Origin: Azolla caroliniana
Taxonomy: Eukaryota; Plantae; Polypodiophyta
Assembly (NCBI GenBank): GCA_043228905.1
Contig: JBHGNT010000005.1
Span: forward strand, 5,084,001-5,148,000
DNA: 64,000 nt
Direction of reading: 5' to 3'
The number at the start of each line of letters is the position of its first letter. Positions within the stretch are counted from its first letter, which is position 1. This document shows positions 22,929-33,716 of the stretch, piece after piece. The position numbers were made by a program, and so were the translations under genes. The notes beneath the pieces are model-generated. The model did no database searches, was not told the DNA's origin, and worked only from the letters and a program-made list of their open reading frames with translations.

Positions 22929-25756
22929 TCTAAAGAAAGGGCGAGTGTAGGTGTTCTTGTGCAACAGAAGAAACCTTTGTGTGTGTGTGTGTGTGTAAGA
23001 CAAATAGAGAGAGAGAAAGAGACAGAGAACAAGAAGCTATATTAGAAAATATGACAAATACATCCGACAATAACTTGATTACAAAAGAGTTGGTTTAAAT
23101 ACATTGGGGAAGTAGGGTTTGATTCTAAACACACTCCTTCAAACACAACTTCCGGTCGCCGGAAAGTCGTTTATTTGTTTGGCTCATTTCGGCTTTGTGT
23201 CCGGATGGTTGGTCAGATCGGCTTCGATTGGTCGACTAGTGTACGTTCTCCTTCGTCTGACTACTTCGTGCTCCTTGTTCGACTAGCCAGTCTGTTCGTG
23301 CTTCGACTCCCCTTGGTCGGTTGTGTTGCTACTTCGTCCACTCCTTTGGTCAACTTTGATCGATTGATCGACTGTTGTTCGGTTACTGTGTTGTGCTCAT
23401 CGGTTGTTGTAATCCCCCTCAAGCTTGGCAATGCGGCTATCATTAGGCCAAGGTCCACCATGAATTACCTGAGCTTGTCGACTCTTAGAGCTTTGGTTAA
23501 GATGTCAACAACCTAAAGGTTCGTGTTGATGTGTTGCAAGTCAACGTCTCCACCCTGAACACGCTCTCGAATGAAGTGATAGTGCACTTCGATATGCTTA
23601 TTACGTGCATGGAACACCGGGTTTCGAGCCAGATGAATATTGCTCATGTTGACACAATAAAGGAGGATAGGATCCTTGATGGGAACGTCCATGTCCTTCA
23701 ATATTCTTTTAATCTAAACAACTTCACATGCTACGATGGTCGCACCCCTATACTTAACTTTTGTGCTCGACAAGGCGATTGTTAGCTGGTTTTTGTTGCT
23801 CCATGATATTGCTCCGCTACCCAGGGAGAAGATAAACCCTGAGGTCATTCGTCTGTCGGCCTTGTAGCTGGCCCAATTTGCATCTGTGTACTCTTCGAGT
23901 CGAACGATCGTGTCCGACTTATACATGATGTCGTAATCCATTGTCCCACTCATGTACCTGAGTACTCTCTTAGCACAATCCAAATGAATATCCCGAGGTT
24001 TCTGCATGAATTGGCCAAGTAGACCGATTGAATAGTTGAGGTCGGGTCGAGTGATGGTCAAATAGATCAAGCTACCAATTAGCTGATGATACTAAATCGG
24101 CTCGCACTCTTCTATTCCAAAGTCGGCATCGAGCTTGAGGTTTCGATCAAGAGGGGTTGACACAAGTTTGCACTACGTCATCCCAAACTTGTACAACAAG
24201 TTGAGAACATAGTGTCATGGGGAGATCATGATCCCCACTGGTGTCTGAATTACTTCTATCCCGAGGAAGTAATGGAGCTCGTGCATGTCTTTCATTTCGA
24301 ATATGCCAGATAGGAGCAATTTGACCTTATTGATCTCGGCTAGATTCTCTCCTTCGATGACCAGATCATCCACGTACAAGATTATGACAATCGAGCTTTC
24401 GGAATCGCTTCTTACATAGAGGGAGTTGTCTGATTTTGACATTCAGAAGCCGATTTGATGAAGATACTGTGTAATCTTTGAATGCCAAGCACGCGGTGCT
24501 TGCTTGAGTCCGTACAACATCTTCTTGAGTCGGCAGACTGCGGTCGGATGTCTGGTCAATTCGAAACTAGGTGGTTGAATCATGAACACTTCCTCTTCTA
24601 ACTCGCCTTGAAGAAAGGCGTTCTTCACGTCCATTTGATGGAAATGCCACCCTCTAGCAATTGCGAGTGCAATGACTGCATGAACAATCATCATCTTTGC
24701 CATTGGGGCAAAGGTCTCTTCGTAATTGACTCCATACGTTTGAGCGTACGCCGTATACTTTTGCTATCGTGCTTTGTAGCGGTTTACCGAGTTGTCGGCA
24801 TTGTATTTTACCTTGTAGATCCACTTGCAATCAATCTCTCTCTTGTGTGGGGAGCGGGGGACGAGATTCCATGTCTCGTTCTTGCATAACGCCTAAATAT
24901 CCTCATTCATGACTTCGACCCATCGTGGATCCTTGGCTACCTTGGAAAAATTTCCCGGTTCTCGGACTATCGCCACCTTTAGCATAAAGGCATAGTGATA
25001 TGTCATGTAGTCATTGTAGCTGAATCGGGTGACTAGGTTTTTCTCTCTTGTGGAGCGATGGAGTTTCTCGTTTGCAGCGACAATGGCTTCGAACTCATTA
25101 TCAAGGGCATCACACAACTCCTTGATCTTCAAGGTGTAGTTGGTGACCGACATATCCCTTTGCTGAATATTGTTCAACTCGTGTTGGAGTTGACGTTGGG
25201 TAGTCGGCATGTGCTGGGTTGGGTTGATTTTCTTGAGCTCCTTCGATGTAGCTCCAATAGCCTTGACCGACAAGGTATTGGTGCATCTTGTATTCCCAAG
25301 TTGCAAAGTTTGATTTGTCGAGTTTCTCGGTGGGAAGAGCGCTTCCCATATGAGTGTTCATTGTGTGGTTTTTCTTCTCGTTCATTGGGCCGGTTGTGTT
25401 TGATCGTCAATGAGCAACACAACACAGTTGATCGAATTAGACTACCACGCACTCTAATACCATGTAAAGAAAGGGAGAGTGTAGGTGTTCTTCTGTAGCG
25501 GAAGAAACCTCTGTGTGTGTGTGTATAAGACAAATAGAGAGAGAGAGAGAGAGGGCTTAGAGAGACAGAGAACAAGAGGCCATATAAGAAAATATGACAA
25601 ATACATCCAACAATAACTTGGTTACAAAAGAGTTGGTTTAAATACCAACTAACTTAGGGCAACTACCATTTCTACTATTTACAAAACTAGCTTGAACCTA
25701 GAGTGTCCATTGCTGGTGTGAAAACCAATTGTTGAAGTTGGGTTTGATTCTCAACA
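22929..25756 (-). mobile_element. Internally deleted degenerate Ty1/copia (Copia-2): gag N-terminus fused to the pre-RT region, PR and IN missing
   Basis: 5' LTR 25463-25756, PBS TGGTATTAGAG, shortened 3' LTR 22929-23131, TSD TTAAT/TTAAT; RT (QMDVKNAFL, LYVDDL) and RH fragments; junction KELCDAL|DNEFE at ~25103. Confidence 0.9.
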
Positions 25757-27434
25757 TTAATTATCCACTCTAATAGTGAATACACTATATCAAGCTTAAA
25801 CAGACTTGAACTTATGCCTTCTAAATATCTCTAACCTTGGCTTTGTCTAATAAACCATGTAACTACAGTGAAGTATTGTTAGAGTATACATGTCTATATG
25901 AAAAAGTGTTCTGCTTGATCCATGGTAACCACTTTGGAGGGTTGTGATGGGAACAATAGTGTAGTAGAAGGTTGTGATAGCTAATGTGGGTTTTCCATCT
26001 AACCAAGGGGTTACAACTTAATTTATAAGATTGTTTATGTGAGACTAGATGATCATGCATGTGACCCCTAAATATTGCAACACCAATTCTAAATTGGCAA
26101 TATTTGCATGTAGGGTTAAAATGTTCAAACTTGTTGAGAATCAAACCCAACATCCCCAATGCAATGGCGTTCACACTAGCAATGGACACACTAGGTGCAT
26201 GCTAGTTTCGTAAATGGTAGAAAGGGCAATTGCCCAACCCTTTTGTAACTAAGTTATTGTTAGATGTAATTTTATCTCTTGTTAATATAGCTTCTTGTTC
26301 TCTGTCTCTCTAAGCCCTCTCTCTCCCCCTCTCTGTTTGTCTTACACACGCACAAAATTCCTTCCGCTATAGAAGATCACCTACACTTCCATTTCTTTAC
26401 ATGGTATCAGAGTGCGTGGTTACCTGATTCACTCACCCACATTGATGATCAAACAGAACTGGTTCAACAACAGAGAAGAAAATGACACCAGGAACACTTA
26501 GATGGGAAGTGCTCTTCTCACCCGAGAAACTACACAGATAGAACTTTGCATCTTGAGAATACAGGATGCACCAATACCTTGTCGGCCAAGGCTACTGGAG
26601 CTACATCGAAGGAGCTCAAGAAAATCAACTCAACCCGGCACATGCCAACTACCCAACTTGGGAGCAAGCAAAGAGTCGTGAAGAGGAGTGCTGAAAGAAG
26701 AAACGAGAGTCGACTTCGTCCAACCGACAACTCACGAACTATGCCACGAATTCGGACTATGACGGCCATGACAGAATGTCGGCACAGAGTCTGACCAACA
26801 CCTATGCTTCTGACAATGTATGGCTTGTTGATTCTAGAGCATCCAATCACATAACGTCACACGAAGATTGGTTCCAAGAGTTGCGGAAGCCTGATCGACC
26901 TGGCTACGTTGAAAATGGGGACAACATAATTCATCCCATTCAACATGTCGGAAATGTTCCATTCGAGAACGACGACAAATAAACCTATATCAAGAATGTC
27001 CTACATATCTCGACCATCACGAAAAATCCAATCTCAGTCGGCCAGATTGTAGAAAAAGGCATGCAAGTACGATTCAATCATGATGGGTGCTTTATTGAGA
27101 AGGAAGGGTGACTCATTGCTCGCGGTCGAAGAGAAGGTCTAATGTTCATCCTTGAATCGAACGAGGTAAAATTGGTCATGTTTGCAAAAGATCTCAAAGC
27201 TGACATTGACTTAGAGTTGTGGCACAAGAGAATTTGCCACATCAACCTCCAAAAGCTCAAAGGCATGAAGACCAAAGGAGTCGTAATTGGACTCTCAATT
27301 TTCACAAAAAAGGAGAGGATTGGAGTGTGCGAAGCTTGCCAATTCGGCAAGCAACATTGACGACCATTCCCAAAAGAGAGGAACGTGAGCAAAGAAATCT
27401 TGGATGTGATATATTCAGATGTATGGGGACAAGC

Positions 27435-27680
27435 TGAAGATAATAACGTGGAATATCACTCTGCCACAACCGAGTCTTGAATCACAGAAATGGGAAGTAG
27501 AGAGTACACAAAGGAAATACACAAGATGTTTACATGGAAAACCCAAATAGGGAAAAAACCACGGGAGCCCACAGACTCCAAATTGTCACTATATGAGAAA
27601 GGTACAATCAGAGACTCGGAGGCAACGAGCTTGAGCTATGTATCTTCGCCAGCTGGCGGTTACAACAGAGTATCGCTCTG

Positions 27681-27713
<33 letters not shown>

Positions 27714-27956
27714 GTACAATAGTTCTGCACATACAACAATATGACAACAACCTTACAAAGTGATTGCCCTAAGTCATATTTATACTTATATGAACTTAGG
27801 GCTATTTACAAATATAGCCTCAATAGGCTTACTCAAAACATATTTACAAATATGTCTTCACTTCTGATTCTCACCGGTTTTCAGATCTCTTCCGGTTCTC
27901 ACCGGGTCCTCTTCATTCATAACTGGATCCCATCTGGAGGGACTGATTTCCTAACA
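27435..27956 (-). mobile_element. Solo LTR related to the Tnt1/Tork-like LTRs, inserted in the Copia-3 integrase start
   Basis: TG...CA, TSD CAAGC/CTAGC, shared blocks (gatgtttac.tggaaaaccc, gccctaagtcatatttatact, ggagggac). Confidence 0.85.
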
Positions 27957-30227
27957 CTAGCCCAAACGGTGTCGTGGAGAAAATCATCCCTAGGCGGAAT
28001 CGGAGAATGATGTGTGCGAACCGGCCCTTACACGCGGGCACAAGTTTTGTTGTAATGTACATATTTAGGTACAAGTCGGCTGATGTGAATATCCTAGGTC
28101 GCACGGATTTGATAGGTAGGAAATCGAGGAATATCTCTATCTGAAAGGACAAAGAATAAAGATAATGTAACAAGTTGCAATAGCCTCCCTCCTTGGGCTA
28201 TAAAAGAGAGGGAGAGGAATCGTAATAGGGGAGGACGAAGTGTTGTCGAACTGGGACCGAGGCCTTCTCCTCCGTCTTTCTCTTTATTATTCGCTGCAAG
28301 TTTTCGGGAGGCTGACTCTGCTCCGCGGAATGCCTGAGTGCTTCCAGTAGAGTCTCCATCTCGCTCTTCTGTGTGCGTGTGCGTAGGCATAGGAGATTCG
28401 TCGCTCACCGGCCTGCCGGTTGTAACCCCTTTTTCATCAAAATATACATGTACTTGTACGCATTCGTCTCGTTTCCGTTGTTTCGTTTGGTTGCGGTTCC
28501 TATGTATCTGTGTGTGGAAGCACGACCGTTGTCTTTCTTGCTCCTACTCATGATCGGTTATTCCTCGGTCCAAGGCCCCCATGGTCCCGTCTCGTTCTAT
28601 ACGCACGCGCGTAACAACACGACATATTTGGTGAACCCAACGTGAACAAGCGGCAGGGGAATAGAAAAGATGAGGGGCTCCGAGCTTGCTAAAGCTATGG
28701 CAGTAGCCGTCGACCGGCTAGGCTAGTGAGTGCTCGTGAAGGAACGGGTGCCCTTGATAGGGCCGTAGAATCGATTGTCGGCACCATAGGCCGATTCGGT
28801 GGAAAGAATGCCAAGAGCTATTTGGAGGCCTATCAGGCCGAAATGATCATGAGAGACATCCCGGAGGACAGATGATTGTCTGGATTCCCTCGAGTGGTGA
28901 CGTCGGGCATCCACGCGGAGGTGCTCAAGGTGCTGGCCGGATGCCAGGCTTGGGTGGAGCTCGAGGGGCGGCTCCTCGAGAAGTACGGGTACGACGATTC
29001 GCTTCGGTTGTCGAAGCGGGACTTCATGGCTTGGGTTGAGAGCCCTGGAAAGGGGAGGAACGCATCGATGCTCCTCCAGGAATTCGAACAACGATTCGCT
29101 AGGCTGTCAGCACTGGATCGGACCGTGCTCGACACGAGCAGGGTCTTGTTGTTCGTCAAGTCGGTGCACGTGCTTTTGGAGATGGATGACGGCCTCGCGG
29201 CCAACTGGGCCGTGGTTCAAAGGGTTCTGCACCCGCTTTGACAAGCGGCGCGAGTGGAGTGAAGACGGCTCGACGGCGTCGGGGCCGATCCCGGCGAGGA
29301 AGCTCGAGGAGCCGGTATTGGTGCCGGCTGGGAAGGAAGAGACTCGGAATTGGCTCGAGACGGTGTCGAGATATTACGCAAGTGCGTGTGGAAACGAGGC
29401 GGGACCGCGGGGGTCTCGAACCAAAGAGCAAGCGAGGGAGGAGAAAGAGAGAGAACCGGCTACGCAGGACCGGGGATACACAGGGACACGGCCCTTCAGC
29501 ACGGAGAACGCGAACAGACACCGACACAGACAGATGCGAATGACTAAATATGTATATTAACAAAATGGCTAACACGACTACAACCCTCGATGGGGCACAG
29601 GTTGGCTACAACCGAACAGGCCGGCGAACAGATGCCGATGCTTGTTCGCTTCGACGCACAAAGGGGTAGCAGGTCGGAGGTGCTGCCGGAAGCACTCGGG
29701 CGTTCCTCGAAACAGCGCGAGCCTCCTCGGAACCCTGCACAGAAAAGCTATGGAGCTCAAGAAGGAAGGAAACAGAGAGAGAAGCGTCCAGAAACGGTCC
29801 AACAGCACTTCGTCCTCTCTGCCCGAGATCCCTGCAACAGCTCTTTCCTGCTCCTTATATAGGCCGACGAGCAGGCCGTCCTGTCAGCTTTATTCCCTGT
29901 CCCCTTTTTGACAGGGATCCGCTCCGTTCTTCACGCATCCGCGTAGTTACGCCGCCGACTCGTACAGTTCCTTAGCTCGCGCGCGCGACCGAAAAGACTG
30001 TTCGCGCGGTCTTCGTCTCCACTTGTGTTAGGGCCCGTTCCTGCCGATTATCCTCCTAATTCGCTTCTATGTGCTACTTGGAGCGTGCGCGCGTGAAGAA
30101 CCGGTTCCCACGCCTTGGTGCGCCGATTCCGCCTATGGACGGTTTTCTTCACGACATCCGCCCCCACCTAACCGCGCATCCTCCGGTATGCGCCAAGAGA
30201 GTTGGGACGGAGAAAACCGGCCCGTCT

Positions 30228-33200
30228 TCATTCCTCGCCCGTCGGTTCTTCCTCGTTTTCGGATCGTTCGTCACTGCTGACTAGGAGAGCCGGGTCTGGC
30301 TCGTCGTCGTGTCGCTTCTTGAACGCTTTGATCCGCTTCCCTGCAACCGGTATCGCCATTCTCGTGCCGTCTAGTTCCGCCAGGTGATATGTCCCGTTGT
30401 CATTGGCGCTCCGTACCACGTAAGGCCCGAACCACCTTCGTGCGAACTTCCATGTAGCTCGGTGCTGGTTGTCGAGGCTGCTGTCGTAGACGAGCACCCA
30501 GTCACCTTCTTCGATTTTCTTCGGTCGGAGCCGGTGCATTCGGTCGAACCTGGCTTTGTTCTTTGTCCTCGCCACCCGGAGCTTCTCCGCAGCCAGTTCC
30601 ACGTCCTCCGGTCTCCGCTCAAGCTGTCGTATACGCGCGGCCAACAACTCCTCCCGGCTCATCTCGTCCCTCCAGTCGACCGTTGCCCACGAGGAGATCG
30701 TCCGTTCCATCGGCATGATCGGCTTCTGGCCGAACATGAGCTCCGTCGGCATATACCCGGTTACCGAACTGTGCGTGGTCCGGTCTGCCCACAAAGCATA
30801 AGGTAGCAGCCGCGGCCAGTTACCGACTTGGCCTCCGCATGCTCGAACCAGCGCCTTGACGACCGGTCCGTGTCCGCGCTCCACCTTCCCATTCGCCTCC
30901 GGATTGTACGCAGTGGTGAGCGAGAGCTTGACTCCCAGCCGGTCGAACAGCTCCGCGGCTTCTTCGGCGTCCAACTCCCCTCGGTCAGCCACGATCTTCC
31001 CGACGCACCCGTACCGGCATATCACGTCCTCGATTAGGAACCGACATACGGCCGCGGTCGTTTTGTTCGGAAGGGCCCGGCCTTCCACCTGGTTCGTCAG
31101 ATCCTCCCGCGCTAGGACCAGGTACCGCATCTGTCCTACCCCTATTGGCATCGTCACCAGATCTACCATCCATTTGAAGTGGATGGTCGGAGGGTACGTA
31201 GGGTGAAGCTCGTCCCGGTGTCGGACCACGGAGTGCATCTGACAGCTCTCGCAAGTTGTCACTAATCGATGCACGTCCCGGTACAGTCCCGGCCACCAGT
31301 ACTTCTCCTTTATCTTCTCGAACGTGGCCCAAGTTCCACGGTGTCCGGCCCAAGGGCTGTCGTGGTAGGCCGTCAGCAGCTCCTCCTGTTCTTCCTTCAT
31401 CGCCACCACCCGGAGCGGAGCGCCGTCCCTCTTCTTCGGGTGCTTCCATAGATAGCCATCTCGGAGAAAGAACCGGTACGCTTTCTTCCGGATCCGGTTG
31501 GCCTCGTCTTTCGTCCATGACGCATCCGGCGCCATTGTCCTCAAGAACCCGCCGATCTGCAGCCACTCCCCGTCGTACTTGCTCGCGTCGAAGTCGTTAA
31601 GCGCCGGAGTGCTCGTCCCGCTGGTTGTTACGTATGCTGCCTCGAAGAAGTCCACGCCGACCTCTTCGTCCTCCGAAACCATGCCGCCCTCGTCATCGAA
31701 TCTCGCCCTTGAAAGCATGTCGGCCATGGCGTTGTCTTTCCCGGAAATGTGTCGTATTTCCGGGTCCAGGGACTTGATGTACGCTATCCACCTGAGCATT
31801 GCCAGGTCCAGCGTCGCGCATCCGGAAACCATGCCGAGAATCGGCATGCAATCCGTCTCTATGATTACCTCTGTCCCGATCAGATAGTCCTTGTCGGCCT
31901 TCACCGCCGAAACGATACCCCAGAGTTCGCGTTTAACCTGGGCGTATCCTCGCTGCCGCTCACTGAGGACCTTCGCGCCGAATCGGATCGGAAACCGATT
32001 GCCGTCCTCGCCTTCTTGGTTGACGACCCACCCGATTCCGGTCGGACTCGTGTCAACCGTTATGTACACTGGGGTGCCCTTCTTGTAGACGGCCTTTCGG
32101 AGCGCCGGTGCTGCCGAAAGAGCCTCCTTCAGCTTCCGGACCGACTCCGTGTGCTTGTCTAGCCATTCGAATCTTCGCCCTTTCTTCAATAATCCGTACA
32201 GCGGCTCCGCGACGTGCGCGTAATGCGGGATCCATATGTGGTAGAAGGCGCATGCTCCCAAGAATCTTCGTACTTCTGTGACCGAGCTGCAATTAGGCTT
32301 CATCGCGGAGATGGCTTCTACCTTTGCCGGAGACGGTTTCCGGCCATATGGTCCACATAAATGCCCGACCACCATGATTTCCGACTGCCCGAAGGCTGAC
32401 TTCTCCCCCGAGAAGGTGAGCCTCGCATCCTCTAGCCTTTGCAGCACCTTCTCGCAGTCGTCGATGTGCGTCACCACGAATCTCCGGCATCCGTCCGGCC
32501 CGATCGTCTCGTCCTTCTCTTCTACCGGGCATCCCTTGATCGGGATGTCGTCTAGAAACGGCATGGTGATGTCCGGGATGCAGTCCCTCAGCACCTTGTT
32601 CATTGCATTCACCATGTGGGCCACCGAGTTGGTCCCTCCTTGCGGCAGCGTACACATCCGCACTAGGCCGAGGGGAGTTCGCATCGTCGTAATGTCTCTG
32701 CTCTCCACGGCTAGCTGGAACTGGTCGTACCCTGAGTATAGATCACCGACCGAGTAAATCGACCTTTCGGCGAAGGCCTCCGCGAACTCGTCTATGGTCG
32801 GTCCGATCCCTGCGTTCCGAATGGTCACTCTATTGACTGGCTGCAGGTCCTGAATGAAGCGCAACGATCCGTTTTTCTTTGGTACGGTAAACCATCGGTT
32901 TGAATACGGGGCGCTCGACGGCTCGAGAATGCCCATATCAACTTTCTGCTTCAACAGCTCCATCAACTTCGGGATGTGAGCTCTCAGAACCGGAATTGGC
33001 TTGAGATTCCACGGTACATGCGGTACCGTGAATATCACCATCGGCTCTACGATCGTCGGGTTTACGCACCCGATTTCCTCCGGTGAGAATGTGAAGGCTT
33101 TCCCGTGCCTTCCGAGCATTCTCCGAAACCGGTCTTCCTCCGCCGGCAGTAGGAACCCGCCCCCACCGATCTTCAGCTCGCGGAGCGTCTCGTTGGTGAA

Positions 33201-33716
33201 GGTGTGTCCTATGCAGGCCGGATCTCGTAAGCTGGGGTCCGATGCAACCCCTTTGATTCGGGATTCGCTGCCCTCTGGTAAGGGCGCCGCAACTGGCCTC
33301 ACCTTCCGGTCCACAGTCTTGTACTTGGTGCTAACTCGGGCCGTCCGTTCCGACTCGAGCCCTCGACCGAAGTCCGCGATGACTTCGTACATTTCTTCGG
33401 AACATACCGGTATCGTCCGGTCTTCGTTAAGGTCTCCTTCGACTACCTTCCCCAGCATTCCCAAGGTGTCGTCGAAGGAGACTGCCTCCACGGCTCCGTT
33501 GATTTCTTCGTCAGGGCCGAGAACTCCGCACGCTTGAAGTCTCCCCTCCGTCTTTGTTTTCTCTCGGCCGGCGATGCCGACCATCGTACATGCTCCGCTG
33601 TCGGAGAAGCAAAATTTCCTACCTATTGTACACGGCTTTATCGTACAGATGTGGGGTTTTCCCGGAGCATCCAGACTGTCGCGGCCCCACGCCTTGGCAG
33701 TCCTCTCTAAAAATCC
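30228..33716 (-). CDS. pol: Gypsy-B ORF2: RT-RNase H-integrase, in the -1 frame, open from the slippery site
   Basis: PFLDDI (RT); DTS...ELW...TDC...ADMLSR (RH); H-X6-H...C-X2-C, D..D..E and GPY (IN); no chromodomain. The frame is stop-free from 33716 to the annotated Met at 33584. Confidence 0.93.
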   Translation of the reverse strand, partial: GFLERTAKAWGRDSLDAPGKPHICTIKPCTIGRKFCFSDSGACTMVGIAGREKTKTEGRLQACGVLGPDEEINGAVEAVSFDDTLGMLGKVVEGDLNEDRTIPVCSEEMYEVIADFGRGLESERTARVSTKYKTVDRKVRPVAAPLPEGSESRIKGVASDPSLRDPACIGHTFTNETLRELKIGGGGFLLPAEEDRFRRMLGRHGKAFTFSPEEIGCVNPTIVEPMVIFTVPHVPWNLKPIPVLRAHIPKLMELLKQKVDMGILEPSSAPYSNRWFTVPKKNGSLRFIQDLQPVNRVTIRNAGIGPTIDEFAEAFAERSIYSVGDLYSGYDQFQLAVESRDITTMRTPLGLVRMCTLPQGGTNSVAHMVNAMNKVLRDCIPDITMPFLDDIPIKGCPVEEKDETIGPDGCRRFVVTHIDDCEKVLQRLEDARLTFSGEKSAFGQSEIMVVGHLCGPYGRKPSPAKVEAISAMKPNCSSVTEVRRFLGACAFYHIWIPHYAHVAEPLYGLLKKGRRFEWLDKHTESVRKLKEALSAAPALRKAVYKKGTPVYITVDTSPTGIGWVVNQEGEDGNRFPIRFGAKVLSERQRGYAQVKRELWGIVSAVKADKDYLIGTEVIIETDCMPILGMVSGCATLDLAMLRWIAYIKSLDPEIRHISGKDNAMADMLSRARFDDEGGMVSEDEEVGVDFFEAAYVTTSGTSTPALNDFDASKYDGEWLQIGGFLRTMAPDASWTKDEANRIRKKAYRFFLRDGYLWKHPKKRDGAPLRVVAMKEEQEELLTAYHDSPWAGHRGTWATFEKIKEKYWWPGLYRDVHRLVTTCESCQMHSVVRHRDELHPTYPPTIHFKWMVDLVTMPIGVGQMRYLVLAREDLTNQVEGRALPNKTTAAVCRFLIEDVICRYGCVGKIVADRGELDAEEAAELFDRLGVKLSLTTAYNPEANGKVERGHGPVVKALVRACGGQVGNWPRLLPYALWADRTTHSSVTGYMPTELMFGQKPIMPMERTISSWATVDWRDEMSREELLAARIRQLERRPEDVELAAEKLRVARTKNKARFDRMHRLRPKKIEEGDWVLVYDSSLDNQHRATWKFARRWFGPYVVRSANDNGTYHLAELDGTRMAIPVAGKRIKAFKKRHDDEPDPALLVSSDERSENEEEPTGEE
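33651..33716 (-). promoter_or_regulatory. Putative -1 ribosomal frameshift signal (G_GAU_UUU plus pseudoknot), Gypsy-B
   Basis: Slippery heptamer abutting the ORF1 stop, 6-nt spacer, stem GGACUGCC/GACAGUCU, GUGGGG/CCCCAC. Confidence 0.8.

Noticed and set aside
33560-33584. ATG at 33584 as an independent pol start
   Set aside because: It is ATA in copies A and C, and the frame is open upstream to the slippery site
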